From positions 255,750,001-255,814,000 of the forward strand of contig OZ024743.1 of NCBI GenBank assembly GCA_964016885.1: DNA of 64,000 nt, in the 5' to 3' direction. This DNA is from Eledone cirrhosa. Taxonomy: Eukaryota. Positions within the stretch are counted from its first letter, which is position 1; every line of letters begins with the position of its first letter. A model generated the notes under the pieces. The model made no database searches and was not told the DNA's origin. It saw only the letters and a list, made by a program, of their open reading frames with translations. A program made the translations under genes and the position numbers. Positions 40,056-55,557 of this stretch are shown here, piece after piece.

Positions 40056-41103
40056 ATTTACAACCCAATTTCAAGGCCTGGTTCTCTCCACGCGTTGAAC
40101 CCTTCACAGTACGAAACCACCTTGGCTTTGGATGACATGAATATGCGAAGAGGCCAGTTGGAGCCCAGTACTGGATGTCACCATTACGAGGAGCCTAACC
40201 CAACTCACAGTGCAGTCTTAGTTCTGTATACCAACATCGGATGGCACTATCGTGAGGAGGGGCAGGCCAATGCCCACACCAAACCCACCGCACAACGTAA
40301 CCTAAGTTGAGGGTCCCTATACTGGATGATGTGGCTATGAGGAAGGATAGGTGTGGGTCTGCAGTATGAGATCCTAGCTCACAGCAGGAACACACACAAT
40401 TCCACTTGACCTACCTTTCAGCGTCCCTCTGTTGATGGTTGCCACTCTGAAATCACGGGTGGGGCATACATCTTTCCTGGTGGTGGGTGATATCTTTGCA
40501 CCATTTATATGTGCCCAGTTTGGGATTTGCATTGTGACGTTGTCCATTATTGATATTAATTACTGGTCAACGCTATTTGCATGTATTAGTGGTTGCTAAA
40601 TTAGCAATAGGGTTCTTTTTGGGGGAGGAGGTAATTAGAATTAGAAGATGGTGTGGAGGTATGTGTATAATGTGGTTAGATTTATATGTCAGTCTCATTT
40701 TTGATTGAAATTTGTTAGGGTGAAGTGTGGGGGTAGGGCAGGTCAGAAGAATGTCAACGATATTTGAGATGCTTTTTTTTTAGCTCTTAACTACACATGT
40801 TATAATTAAGATATTCTAAATAACTATTTACTTAAGCAATATGACAAAATAAACATACAAAAATAATCAGTGTTGACAAAATAATTAAATGTATATACGT
40901 AGGTAGGTATGTATATATTATGCACACACACACACATACACATATATATATTTATATATGTAACATGATGGAGGAGATATCAGTTTAACACATGTTTCAC
41001 CAGTGATCAGGCTCAGAGACATTCCCAATTACATAACATTATGTAACAGTAGGGCTCAACCCCTTAGGTCACTGACTCTTCAAATATATTAAAATATTAT
41101 ATA

Positions 41104-41699
41104 CCAGCAGCAGAACCCAGCGTTGCCTGGGTAGGCAAAATAATATCTGCTTTGATGAAAAGGTGTTGATCTTAGCGACTGCTTCTCGATGACTCATCCA
41201 TGGCCACACACAGGCCATGCGGAGGAGGGTGGTCATGACCTCTATCACTGAGAAATTGTAAAATTTGAACAAAGTAGGTTGTTTAATGTGGGAGCTAGAG
41301 CTGAAAAAGTGGAAATTAGAGTCTAAAATTGGTATTTTGAATATTTAAGCGGCTGTCGCACCGTCCCTGAACAACAAATGCAAAATATAAAGACATTACA
41401 GGATGTGCAATGATAAATTCTATTTTGCTTTAAAATTTGAACGAAATCGCTGGCAAAATGTGGGAGCTAGAGCCCCAAATCCTATTTTTCGATACCTAAA
41501 AAAAGGTGACCCCCCCCCTATCGATTTTTATCTGCAGAATGACCCCAGAATAAAAAAAAACATACGCTGATACATGGGAAACACTTCCCGGTGACTAATC
41601 TATGAGCCTGTAAAGTTTCATCAAAATGGGTCGTAAGATGTAGGCCCCTATAGGTAATACACAGACACACACATACTTAATTTTATATATATACAGAAG
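41104..41699 (-). mobile_element. Non-autonomous Helitron
   Basis: Minus strand starts TCTGTATATATATAAAA and ends with hairpin CCCAG(gcaacg)CTGGG then CTGG before a T. Confidence 0.7.
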
Positions 41700-41726
41700 T
41701 ATACATATTATATGTATATATATATA

Positions 41727-42356
41727 TATAAAAAACATGGGAAGAAAGAGGAAAACTGCGTGGTTGCACATGGGTTACATATTATAAAATTAGTCCCTCA
41801 TCAGTGATTTGCCAACCATCATTGGTATTTCATCGCATTAAAAATCATATACCTCAGGTTGGTGCGAGCAATAACTAAAATAAGCTATTGGGACAAGTGA
41901 ATCGCGTAAAGCGAGTGAGACAAGTAAACAACATAGAAGGAAAAGCAAACCGAAGGTAGGAAAAAAGCAAGCAACATGATGGTTATCCGATCAGCATAAA
42001 CTGGGTGAATTTCATGAGCGGTCAGAAAACAGACCGTTCGACGTGAATGAGATGTGAGAAAGAAAGAATCCCACTACTAACGAACGGGAGGAAGTGAGAA
42101 GGGGAGAAACAGAGAGTGGGAGTGCGAGGAAGAGGTCAGTCGAGAGAAAGTGTAACTGACAGAGGAGGCGAAAGAAGGTTAGAGAAACAGAGAGGACGGG
42201 GGAGCAGAAAGAGAGAAACAGACAATCGCAGTCGAGGTAAATATGTATAAAAAACATGGGAAGAAAGAGGAAAACTGTGTGGTTGCACATGGGTTACATA
42301 TTATAAAATTAGTCCCTCATCAGTGATTTGCCAACCATCATTGGTATTTCATCGCA
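41727..42356. repeat. 111-bp near-identical direct repeats around a ~408-bp core
   Basis: 41727-41837 and 42246-42356 differ at one position seen. Confidence 0.9.
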
Positions 42357-42769
42357 CACATATACACACATATTACCATCTAGGATTTAAAAAAGCTTTC
42401 AGACACATATTCTTACCATCTCCTTTATATAAAGATTTGTTACAACTGTCTCTTACGTAGATAATGTTACCATCCCCTTTCCATAAAGACTTCTTACAGC
42501 TATGACTTTTTCATAAAGACTTGCAGCAGTTCTCTTTCATTAGAGAGTTGTTATCAGAAGAAAAAGGTTGATCTCCCATCATAGTTGTTATAAGATAAAT
42601 AACAGCGTGAATATATCCTAACAGAACAAAAATAGTAACACAAACAGCAACATTAAACAGACACAAAGGTACAAGGAAGAAAGAAAAAGATGGTAGTTAG
42701 AGAGTTAATAGAGAGAGACCAACACAATACTGCTATAGATATAAACAGAAGTTTAAATGTTTATGACAG

Positions 42770-43595
42770 CCTACGTTCAAATCCTACCAAGGTTTGCTTT
42801 GGATTTCATCCTTACAAGATCAATAAAATAAAGCACCAGTTATGCACTGAGGTCAATAATCGAATTCCCCCCCTCCCCCCCCCCCCCACCCGAAAAAAAA
42901 ATTACTGGCCTTGTACATAAAGTTGAATCATTATTATTATTATTATTATTATTTTGACATAATATTTCGGGAATTAAAAATCCTTCGATCAAAATGTTCT
43001 GGTTTTGTTGCTTTGATATTTTATTCAAATTTTAAATTTAGAATCTTTCAAGCATTGTGGTTGACGTTTGCTGTAGTATCTATGAGAAGCAGGTGGATGA
43101 ATTTACTATAAATGATGGTTTCTACTTTTGGCACAAGGCCAGCAATTATCCCAGTGCATTACTGGTACTTTATTTTACCGACTTCGTAAGGATGAGATGT
43201 AAAGTTAAGCACTACGGGATTTGAACTCAGACCATAAAGGGACATAATTCTATGCTGTGAAGCAGGGTTTCCGACGCTCTACCAATTCTGCCAGTCCACC
43301 ATAAATAATTGTTTCTACTTTAGGCACAAGGCCAGCAATTACCTAGTGCATTACTGGTACTTTATTTTATCGAACCCGTAAGGATGAAAGGCAAAGTCAA
43401 CCTCGGCGGGATTTGAACTCAGATCGTAAAGGGACGTAACTATGCTGGAAAGCATGGCGTCCGACCCTCTACCGATACTGCCAGTTAACAGAATTGGGAG
43501 AACATTTCTGACAGGAATCGATTATATCGACACCAGTGCATTAATGGTACTTTATTTTATTGAACACGTAAGGATGAAAGTCAAAGCAACCTCAG
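42770..43595. mobile_element. Cluster of tRNA-derived SINE copies
   Basis: Copies at ~42770-42935 (+), 43113-43300 (-), 43305-43485 (-) and 43505-43595 (-); A box TGGCAGTATCGG, B box GAGTTCAAATC. Confidence 0.85.
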
Positions 43596-43616
43596 AGGAA
43601 TTAAAGGGCTGCAACT

Positions 43617-46600
43617 TATCATCATCATCGTTTAACGTCCATCTTCCACGCTTGCATGGGTTTGGACGGGAATTTTCCCACTTGAGGCAAGATTGGTTGT
43701 CTTGCTCGTATAGGACTGTCTGGCGGGTTTTCTACGGCTGGATGCCCTTCCTAAAACCAACCACGTTTAACGCGTTACCTACACGGCCACATTACAGCGT
43801 GGACTGTGTATTTTTTTGACGTGACACATACACGACCTCATTTCTTTTGGACTGGATGTTGTGGTACCAACATAACTTTATATTGAAAGGGGTGGTGTGG
43901 ATGGGGTGGGGGTAGTGGGACGGGGGTGTATTTTTGTTAGAGGTGCTTACTGATTGTAGGTTTCGCTTTGTACTTAGGCAAGGCGGGTCTTCTGTATTAC
44001 TGTGTAGCGCCAAAGATCTCGGTCTAGTGACATTGTCTTGGAGAGCTGTAAGTGTGTGAGGTCGGAATTTATCAAGTCGTCCCAGGTTTTTCTGGGTCTG
44101 CCTACTCCGTGGCTACCGTCTATTTTTATCGCCCTGCACTTTTTTATACAGTTGTTGTCTTTCATGCGCATCACGTGACCGTACCAACATAGTCTTCTCT
44201 CGAGTAAACAACATCTGATCCCTCTTATTCCTAATTTCTCCCTTAGTTCGTTTATGCTTTGCCGTTCACGTATATTACTATTACACATCCAGCGGAGCAT
44301 GCAAGCTTCGTTCCTCTCCAGTCTGCGTATATCCTCCGCACACAATGCCCAGGTCTCACTGCCATGTAACATTGCTGTTCGTATACAGGCATCATACAGC
44401 CTGCCTTTCATTTTTAGAGAGAAACCTTTAGCGGCCAATAGTGGTATAAGCTCTCTGAACTTTTAAAATCCCGTTCTGACTCTAGCTACTGTACTTTCAG
44501 AGCACCCTCCACCACTGCTGATTTTGTCACCCAGGTAACAGGTGTCCACTATTTCTATAGAACCATCTGTGCAATGGAATGGGCTAGTATTCTGTGGGCA
44601 CTTGCTGCTACTTATTGCACCAGAGATCCGGACACATATACAATCTATATTCTTAGTTAGCTTACCTGTGATCCCACTACATCTTTTATGCACCCATACT
44701 TTGCATTTGGGACATAAAATGGAGTTTCTACCTACTCCTTTCCTACACACTGAGCATGGCCATTTCCCAGATGGGACCGGCGCCCTATTTCCCTTCCTAC
44801 AAACTTGAACTTTAGTCTTAGAGAGGTTAATTTTAAGGCCTTTTGATTCTAGGCCATGCTTCCATGTTTGGAATTTCTTCTCTAGTTCGGCCATTGATTC
44901 AGCTATGAGCGTTAGATCATCTGCGTATAGGATTTCCCATGGGCAGCTGGTCTTGAACTCCTCTGTTATAGCCTGAAGGGCAATAATAAATAGTAAGGGG
45001 CTAAGAACGGAGCTCTGATGAACACCAACTTTTACGCTAAACTCTTCACTATATTCGTTGTTAATTCTAACCTTGCTGACTGTTTCTTTATACGTAGCTT
45101 TTATAGCTCTCACAAGCCATTCATCAACACCTAGTTTTCTAAGAGCCCACCAGATAATGGAGCGGGGGACTCTGTCAAAGGCTTCCTCCAAGTCAACAAA
45201 AGCTAAGTATAGGGGTTTACTTTTAGCTAGGTACTTCTTCTGTAGTTGTCGTACAATGAAAAGAGCGTCTGTGGTACTTTTACCTGGCACAAACCCGAAC
45301 TGCATTTCATCTAGATCAATTCGCTCTCTGATTTAATTGCGCTATTACTTTTTCTGTGACCTTCATGACCTGGTCGATTAATTTAATGCCTCTATAGTTA
45401 CCCCAATCTAGGGCATCTCCTTTACCCTTGTAGCAGTTAAAGATGATGCTGCTACGCCAGTCCTTCGGAACGACCCCATCTGTATGACTTGGTTTACTAT
45501 CCGGGTGACAATAGTGTGTCCCACCTTTCCAGATGCTTTCAGCATTTCAACAACTATTTCCGAAGGCCCAGCCGCCTTACCCGTCTTCATATCTTTGATT
45601 GCCTTACTTATTATACTACCTTCAACTAGCACTGCTGGTCCCTCTATTGGATCGATGTGGGGGAGACTGTCTTTTTCCCATTTATTCTCCTCATTTAGTA
45701 GCCTTTCGTAGTGACACTTCCAAGCTACCTTCTTATCAGCATCAGTGATGGCAAGTACACCATCATCATTAAGGACACACTTCTTCCCGACAATATCATG
45801 GTTTTCCTTGACACATTGCCTAGCAATCCTGAACACCTCATGTTTTTGGTCCTTGCGTTGTAGAACATGCTTGAATCTTCTTCCCTCTTCTTCCCTTCTT
45901 GCGAAGTACACTTGTCTCCTAGCTTCCCTCCTGGCCACTTGATAGTCTTCTCTACTTCCCCCATCCCGCTATACTTTCGAAGCCTGCTTTCTGGCCTTAA
46001 TTGACTCCTCCACCTTACTGTTCCACCACCACGTTACTCTCCTCCTGCCTATAGGCCTGCTCCAGCCACAGACTTCATCTGCCGCCTTCAGCAGGTTAGC
46101 TTTCAGGAATTCCCACTGTTCCTCTATATTGTACGACTCTAATTGCTCTTCCTTACTGTCAAAAGCATCAAGTAATATGCTTTTAAATTTATTACTGGCT
46201 GTGGGTTCCTTTAGCTTACATATTTTTCTCCTGAGTATAGTCCTCCACTGTTGTTGAGTACGTCTTGTCCTGACTATGAGGTCGCTGACTATGAGTCTAT
46301 GTTGGGAGGTGCATTCTTCATGGGGGAGGGATTTAGTGTTTATAACAGACGTCTTCTGGTAAGGATATAATCTATCTGACTGGCGTGTTCCCCTGATCTA
46401 TGGGTGATCAAGTGATTGTCTCGTTTTTTGAAGTTAGTGTTACAGATAGTTAGGTTATTTGCGTCACAGAATTCCAGGATTCTTGAGCATTCCCCATTTC
46501 TAGTATCAAACCTATAGCCTCCATGGATTCCGTCATAGCCATCACAATGTTGTCCAATGTGACTATTTAGGTCACCAGCAATAATTATGTGGTCACTGTT

Positions 46601-47300
46601 CGTTATTTGGGAGGTAGTGAGCATCAGTGTCTCATAGAATCTGTCTTTTATAACACCAGGCAGTCCGGATTGGGGTGCATACGCAGATATTACTGTCACA
46701 ACAGTTCTATTTAGGACAAGTTATATTGTAATTATTCTGTCGTTCACTCTATTTACGTCTATTATCTTATCTACCCATTTTTCTGCTAACATGATTTCTA
46801 CCCCACCCAGCCCATTGTCATTTCCCACCCAGAAAAGCTTATAGCATCGTTTTTTACCCACAATGAATCTAGCAGACCCACCCCTCCACCTGGTCTCTTG
46901 GATACAGCAAACATCAACCTCCTTACGTTCAAGCATTTCTACAACCTCGTTAGAGCGACCTTTTAAGGTGCCTACATGCATGGTACCAACTCTGAAGTTT
47001 TTGGATTGCATTTGGTGGGTGGGAACGATGGGGCGTGGGGAGGGGTGCTGGGGTGCTGGGGTTGGGGTTATGTTGGCCATCTGCGGCCGAAATAAAGAGG
47101 AGGAGTTCTTGCCTTTTCGTCAGGCAGCATGAGGTGAATTTGTCTTTTTCTTAACTATATGCTGAAAGGCATTGTGTAAGGTGCCCTACCAATACTGACA
47201 AATCACTGCCCCAGAACTTGTGTTTTTTAGCCCAAGGACAGATATAGCCTCATGACTGATGTTTAGCCCCAGGACAGACAGAGGTAGCTTAGCGACAGGA
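43617..47300 (-). mobile_element. Near full-length decayed RTE LINE
   Basis: APE motifs FRVGTMHVGTL, CCIQETRW, SAYAPQ, QIDYIL; RT ORF 44463-45305; 3' UTR and (GAT)n; 5' boundary uncertain. Confidence 0.95.
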
Positions 47301-47324
47301 GTGATGTTCTTTAGCCCCAAGAGT

Positions 47325-48527
47325 ACACCTATGAACCACCATGAAGTTCCCCCTATTTAGCTGATGTGGCTGTTACTTCCAGCACACTTATTGACCACCA
47401 TGAAGTTCCCCCTATTTAGCTGTATAGATGGTGTAGCTGCTATTTCTAGCACAACTAAGGACCACTATGAAGTGCCCTATTTAGCTGATATTTCTAGCAC
47501 ACCTGGACCATTTAGCTGCTAATTTTAGCACACCTATGAACCACCATGAGGTTCACTCTGTTTAGCTGCTATTTCTAGCACACATCTGGATCACAATGAG
47601 GTTCCTTTTATTTAGCTGGTATTTCTAGCACGCATATGGACCACCATTAGGCTCTCCCTGTTTAGCTGCTTTTGCTAGCAAACCTAATGACCACAGTAAC
47701 ATTCCACATATGTAGCTCCTAATACTAATATCCCTATGGCCCAAAATGAGATTCCCTCTATTTAGCTGCTATTTCTAGCACGTCTACGGGCCACCACGGT
47801 TTTATCCGTGTTTAGCTGCTCTTTCTAGCACACCTATGGACCACCATCTGGTTCCACCTGTTTAGCTAATGTACCTGCTATTTCTAGCAAACCTATGGAC
47901 CACTATACCATTTCCTGTATTTTTAGCAGACTTATGAATCATTGTGTTTCCCCCTGTTTAGCTGAGGTTGCTGATATTTCTAGCACATCTAATGACTACA
48001 CGAGGTTCCTCATTTTTAGATGTTATTTCTAGCACACTTATGGAACACCACAAGGTTTCCCTATATAGCTTCTATTTCTAGTACACTTGTGGACCACCTT
48101 GTAGTTCCCACTATTTAGCTGTTCATTGTACCACACCAATCGACCACCATGATGTTCACCCTATTTAGTTGCTATTTCTAGCACACTTATGGAGCACCAT
48201 AGTGTTACCCCTATTTAGCTGCTATTTTTAGAACAAGAATGGACCACCTTTATGTTCACTATTTATCTACTATATCTTGCACACATATGAACCAACATAA
48301 GGTTTTCCCTATTTAGCAGCTATTTTTAGCATGCCTATGGACCACCCTGCTGTTCCACCTATTTACCTGCTATTTTAGCACACCTATGGACCACCATGAT
48401 GATCCCCTATTTAGCTGCTATTTCCAGCATTCCTATGGAACACTATGAGTTTCCCTCTATTTAGCTGCTATTTCTACCACGACTAAGGACCTGTTTAGTT
48501 GATGCAGCTGCCATTTCTAGCACACCA
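47325..48527. repeat. Degenerate minisatellite, ~53-bp unit, roughly 20 copies
   Basis: Recurring TATTTAGCTGCTATTTCTAGCACACCTATGGACCACCATG. Confidence 0.9.
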
Positions 48528-49149
48528 GTCTAATGAAAAGTAGTTACAACAACAATAATAATAACAGTCTGCTGTTTGAAATTACAATTTAACTTTGACC
48601 AACACTTTGTGATATTGGTTCATCTAAAAGATGAAAAAGATGGAGAGAGACAGTGTGTGAAATGAGAGAGTTGAGAGTGAGTGAAAAACAGAAGAAAAAT
48701 GGTAGGCAGAGAAAGTGCTAGTGAGTTGAAAGAGAGGGGGAAGCATGTTAAGGATAAATAAAATATCCCTATTAATCTCACATTTTATTCATCCCTACTC
48801 TCTCACCTGAATTTGAATTACTTACAAAACAATGACCACTTAATATGTAAACAGAAATAATACATTTTAGTATATGGTAACGTAGGCATGCATTTTCATA
48901 AAGTACATACATCTCTTGATTGAGGTTTAGTCTATAAGAGTGAATTACCCCCAATAATAGAATGTGGCTTCTGGAGGGCTAACATCCCAAAAGTATTTTA
49001 TGAATATGTATGCTTAATTTATTTTGTATATGTATGAGCATATGTATGTATATATAGAGAGAGGGGGCGGAGAGAGATAAACAAACATGCACTCACACAC
49101 ATATTGTTTTTGTATATTTTGTGTTAAAAAGTTGAAAACACTTAATTAT

Positions 49150-49560
49150 AAGGTATATCCAATAAGTAATGATAAAATTTCAGTCATGACATCATTTATT
49201 TTCAAGAGCTTATAAAACTATGTTTCCTTCAAAATCATGACCTCTCACATCTATACATTTCCCCACTCCTGGAAAACTTTTTCCCAGTCCTTTTTCTGCA
49301 CTTCCATCAGAAAATTTGCTGATGCTTTGTTCTAATTCCCCTGAGGCTGTCTTTCATACAGCCTTACAGGAAAAGGTTATGAGGAGCCAGGTTTGGGCTG
49401 TAGGATGGGTGTTTTCTCACTTTTATTCCCCTGGAAGTCATCCAGATTGCCACCAGCATTGGCCGGTGGCATGAGGCTTTGTTTTGATAGAATCACCAAT
49501 CTCCAATGTTCCACACGTATCCTCTCCCTAAACCTCTTCAGAAAATTGCTTTGCTCTTCA
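49150..49560 (-). mobile_element. Mariner transposase relic (C-terminal part)
   Basis: Minus strand PSYSPNLAPHNLF (cf. YSPDLAP) and YQNKASCH (cf. HDNAxxH). Confidence 0.65.
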
Positions 49561-49599
49561 ACTCAACTACATAGGGCCTCCTCTAACATTTCATAGGCT

Positions 49600-50949
49600 T
49601 CTTGATTGATTTGCATGTGTTTAACACAAAATTTGATTGATCCCTAACTCCATAACTCCAGCTGCTGTGATCAACTCATCGAGTTTCTTGAAGTTATTTC
49701 CTGGATCACTGATGGTGGTTAATGGGTTGATGTTGTTTATCTTGACTTTGCTAAAGCTTTTAATTATGTGCCACACAAAAGACAAATGGCAAAACTCTCT
49801 GGTTGAAGTCCTTCATTCTCAGTCAAAAAGAGGTAGTCATAGTTTTAGGACAGCATTCTTCACCCTATGAGATGTTTACCACAGGGATCTGTTCATGGTC
49901 CCTTTTTGTTAGTTGCATACATTAATGGCATAGATGCTAACTTAAAGAATGCCACAGTGTGGAAATATGCAGATGACATCAAGCTGTACCTTGAGATAAA
50001 AAGGACAGATACTAAACACTATAGATCTTACCTGCAATCAGATCTGGACACAATGCAGTAATGGATCATGGACTGGCAAGTTAAGCTAGCAGTGGACAAG
50101 TGTACCACCATGCATTTTGGGAGGAAAAACCTAGCATTCACATATTCCTTCCACAAAACTAATCTTAAGAAGTCTTCTGGTGAACATGACCATGGCATTA
50201 CAGTCAGCAGCGATTTGTGTTGGACAAAGCACATCTCTAAAATTGTTAAGATGGTCGAGGGTGTCTCGGCATCACTCAGCAAGACCTTTTTCAGCCGCTC
50301 TCCAGCTATCTATTTAAAGTTGTATATAGCTATGGTGCAGCCACAATTAGAATTTGCATTACTAGTCTGGAACTCCTATCTTGCTCAGAATATTGACTTC
50401 CTGAAAACTGTTCAGAGACATGCAACCAAGCGTATACCCTCCATTGGGCATCTACCGTACTCTGAATACCTTGCTTCCCTGGACATAGATACATTGAAGC
50501 TTTGACATCTGGCAACTGACTTGGTAAACACCCACAAAATTATTAACCATCTTGCAAGCATCAACCCTAGCACTTTTTTGAATTCTATGTGTCTCGCCCA
50601 CGTGGGCATACCTACAAAGTCAGAAAACAGCACAGCTCCCATGACTTTCGGAAACATTTTTCACATTCAGAGTTACTGAAGCATGGAACAAACTACCCGC
50701 ATCGGTTGTTAGCTGTCAGGACACTGCACTCTTTAAAACCTCCATGCTTCCCGAAATTCACCAAAACTACACATGATATTCTGACCCAATACACACGCAC
50801 ACATATATCTCTGTGTATATCATGACTTATACACTGTTCACTTTCCTGACATTTGTACATTATTCTATGTACTATACATGTACCTTTGATGAGTTGTTGC
50901 GCACCTGAGCACTGTACACAATAATTTCATTATTATTATCATTATTATA
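49600..50949 (+). mobile_element. 5'-truncated CR1-clade LINE
   Basis: VDVVYLDFAKAF, PQGSVHGP, YADDIKLY, WQVKLAVDKC, VQRHATK, RGHTYK; (TTA)n tail. Confidence 0.9.
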
Positions 50950-51032
50950 AAGTTGCTCATATTATTCACCGATCTGCTCTAATAGGGATAATGCCACCTC
51001 TGTTGTACATATAAACATTATATTATTTGGAT

Positions 51033-51213
51033 TGGCAGTATCGGTAGAGGGTCAGACGCTATGCTTTGAGGAATAAAGTTACGGCCCTTGCCATTCTGAG
51101 TTCGATTCCCACCAAGGTTAACTTTGCCTTTCATCCTTACGGGGTCGATAAAATAAAGTACCAGTAATACACTGAGTAATTGCTGGCTTTGTGCTAAAAG
51201 TAGAAACAATTAT
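51033..51213 (+). mobile_element. Full tRNA-derived SINE with conserved central domain
   Basis: A box TGGCAGTATCGG, B box GAGTTCGATTCC, GCCTTTCATCCTTACGGGGTCGATAAAATAAAGTACC. Confidence 0.9.
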
Positions 51214-51799
51214 TCTATTCATGGGCATGTTCTTTCTGTCATATAGATAAACCTAATATTATCAACAAATGTATACACTATTTGTGGTAGTGTGCCCTTA
51301 GGTCTTATGAAGAAATTCATATTTGTCACGAGACTGTTCCATCTGATGTACTCATCACTTCTGTCTTATCAATAAACTTCATATTATTCACCATTTTACT
51401 CTACTTATTGATGTGTTATGATATCTGTTAGACAAAGATGCTTCATATTAACTACCACATTACTATATTTGAGGTAGTGTGACTTCTGTCTTACAGATAA
51501 ACACATTATGCACAACTCTAAATAAGGCAGTGTGGCAGTGTTCCCTTATCAGATATTTCTAATTTTCTCTTTCAAAAACTCCCAGAATTGTTTTGTTCAT
51601 ATAAATCACGTTTGCTTTAGGCCTCAACTGCAGAAAGAGTTGCAGTGGAGGGCTGTTGTAACAAATTGCATATGAATATTCTCCATCTATCACAGCTGCA
51701 TGTTATACCTCAAATCTGGGCTAATGATGTACCTGTCAATTTATACACACACACACACACATATATATATACACACATACACATATATATATATATATT

Positions 51800-51855
<56 letters not shown>

Positions 51856-52064
51856 TTATATATAGGTATATAGAAATATACGTGAGTGAGTGAGAGTACG
51901 TGTATTCCTTTAGATTCTAAAAAGTTGGATTCCATTTACAATATTAATTAATCTTAATGAAAAATTTCATCAAAAGAAATTAACATGAAATAATTACCAT
52001 CAAAACAAACTACTATGCTTATATATATATATAGCACTTACATATATTTATATATATAAACATT

Positions 52065-52104
<40 letters not shown>

Positions 52105-52163
52105 CACATACATATGTATTGATATCTATAATCATTTATATAAACATATACATGTTTACATAC

Positions 52164-52200
<37 letters not shown>

Positions 52201-52479
52201 CAGACACACACATATATATATATATATGCGTACATACATACATATATATATATATATTTATATAAATATAAAAATATATAAACACAAAACAATTATTTAT
52301 CAGTTTAGCTTTACTAAATAAAGACTTTGAATAAAGCAATAACTCATTTAAATTGCTCATCCCACGAAGATATAATTACACTTCTATAATTAACAATTTG
52401 CAATATTTGAAAATTGAATCAAGTTTTTTACCATAAGGATGGTTTTATAGCTGTTTCCCTAATTTTATATATTTATAAT

Positions 52480-53292
<813 letters not shown>

Positions 53293-53667
53293 TGTATGTA
53301 TATATGTATATGTGTGTGCATGTGTGTGATAATATATTTTTGTTTTTGTGTGTATTGAATATCTGACAAATAATTTAACAAAAATATTTCCCTCTTTCTT
53401 TTTCTGTCACTCTATGCAGGTATATCACTGTGTTTGTTCTGTTTTGTATTTTCTTTTCTTTTGTTGTTTTCTCGTAAATAAGGTATTTTTGTTTGTATTT
53501 CTAACAATGTTTCTACTTATATATTTTTATTCTTGTTATTAACTGGAGGAGTTCTTTATTATTTTGATTTGATTTCTTTTCTTTTTACATTTTAGTTTTA
53601 GTTATACGTTTCTGTTTCTGTTAAGCCTTCTATTTATCTGTCTGTTTTGCCGTTCTCTCTCTCTTTC

Positions 53668-53795
<128 letters not shown>

Positions 53796-55320
53796 TATAC
53801 AGGTAATTTTACAAATGTATTGTGTTAGTTTGAAATTTAGAAATTTATTTGCTTTTATAATTAACTATAAAATATATATATTAACTATATATTAACTATA
53901 AAATATTTGACTTAGTTGGGTAAAATACCTTTAGAGATGATGAAAAAATGGACAGAGATGAATAAAGTGTAAATTGGTTGGAAAAAGAAAATGTATCCTG
54001 TGGTTAGTGACAGGAAAATCATCCAGCCATAGAATATTTGCCTGAATTGAGAGGCCTCAGTAATTGTGTTAAAAATATAACAACATCCCTACATAATAAA
54101 CACACCCAATACATTCTCTAAAGTGTTTGCTACTAGGAAGGGCATCCAGCCATAGAAAACATTCCAAACAAAGACATAACACTCGCCATTGTCCTGTACA
54201 TTCTGTAAAGTTGTTGAGACAGGAAAAGAAAGCAGCTATAGAAAACTTGCCTAACAAAGGGTTGAAAAAATTCCTCAGTTGTGTCTAAAAGTGATTGAGC
54301 CATGATAATATGCACTCCGAACACCCTCTAAAGAGGTTTGTGATAGAAAGGGCATGCAACCATATGAAATAATTGCCAAACATAGTGTGAAGAGAACTTT
54401 AAAGTTGTGTCAATGTGACATCCTCCCTAATGCTGGTGTCATGATAAGTCTCCATATCTTTGAAACCTACACAGCTAATGATGGTTAATTCACCAAAACC
54501 AACCAAGTGTGCTGGACTTCAGGGTAGATTCAATTTAAAAAGCAGTATCTGGCACTTGAAAACAGGCAGTTCAACATGAGACTACATCATTGCTTAACCC
54601 CTACCCATTCAAATTTAAGTTTCTATTGTTAATTCTATTTATATTTTGTGCTATGTTCATAGTAGTAGATTAAGATAGTTTTATAGTATGACTGTTAAAA
54701 ATAGAATGGTATCTATGGGATTTAGGAAAACACTTATGTAATGCTTTGAAAAATAGGTTTGCAACATGTGTTTTAACGCCTATCTATATAATATTATAAC
54801 ACATGATTTGAATAGATCCAATAATTAGTTGTATATCTCAATTTAAAAAATTTTAAATTGGTATTCTACCACTTCAACACATTTTTAATTCTCATATTAT
54901 TTTATAAATACTACCAAAATATATGATTATATAATTAAATAATTAAATATAATTATATCACTCTCTTTACACCATCACTGATATGATGCATACAATTTTA
55001 TCTTAATAATAATAGTGTATTTCTAACTATAATTTTTTCTTATACTCATTCCTTAATTTTTTCTTATGCTCATTCCTTGAATTTTCTTACACCCTAATAT
55101 TAAAATTAGCCTATCTTTTTCTTCTTCCCTTATAAATTATCCTAATAATTATTTAAATTTACCCAGCGTCTAAATATAACGATCTTTTTTAGCCTTACAT
55201 TTCAACCGCATTTAAATATTCATCCTAAAGATTTGAAATTTTTCTTTCACTATCAAAACTGAACCCGACACGATAAGGTCTGGTTTCTTGGGTATGTCAC
55301 CATTTATAAAACAAATTTTG

Positions 55321-55381
55321 TATTTTATCTGATGATAGCGTACCAAAATGTTGGTACCCTTGAAATATATATAATAAAATA
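55321..55381 (+). ncRNA. Type I hammerhead ribozyme in a PLE terminal module
   Basis: TATTTTAT-CTGATGA-tAGcGTACCA(aaatgt)TGGTACcCTt-GAAAT-ATAT-ATA-ATAAAATA; flanks homologous to 18510-18665. Confidence 0.85.
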
Positions 55382-55508
55382 AATATGGTTTTATAAATAT
55401 AGTTTCCATTTATTAATATCATTGATATTATGGTCCAGAAACTTGTAGAGTGCTTCAAATCTGTTATAAGAAATTTGTTGAATAACCAACAAATTAAGTA
55501 CCTCTTTG

Positions 55509-55552
<44 letters not shown>

Positions 55553-55557
<5 letters not shown>

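Noticed and set aside
41790-41835. Permuted (type II) hammerhead in the direct repeats
   Set aside because: GAAA and CTGATGA occur but there is no NUH triplet and helix II does not pair
47325-48527. CRISPR-like regular repeat
   Set aside because: Units are degenerate throughout with no unique spacers, no cas genes, and the DNA is eukaryotic
51621-51730. Possible plus-strand exon after TTTGCTTTAG
   Set aside because: No convincing donor and no recognisable peptide
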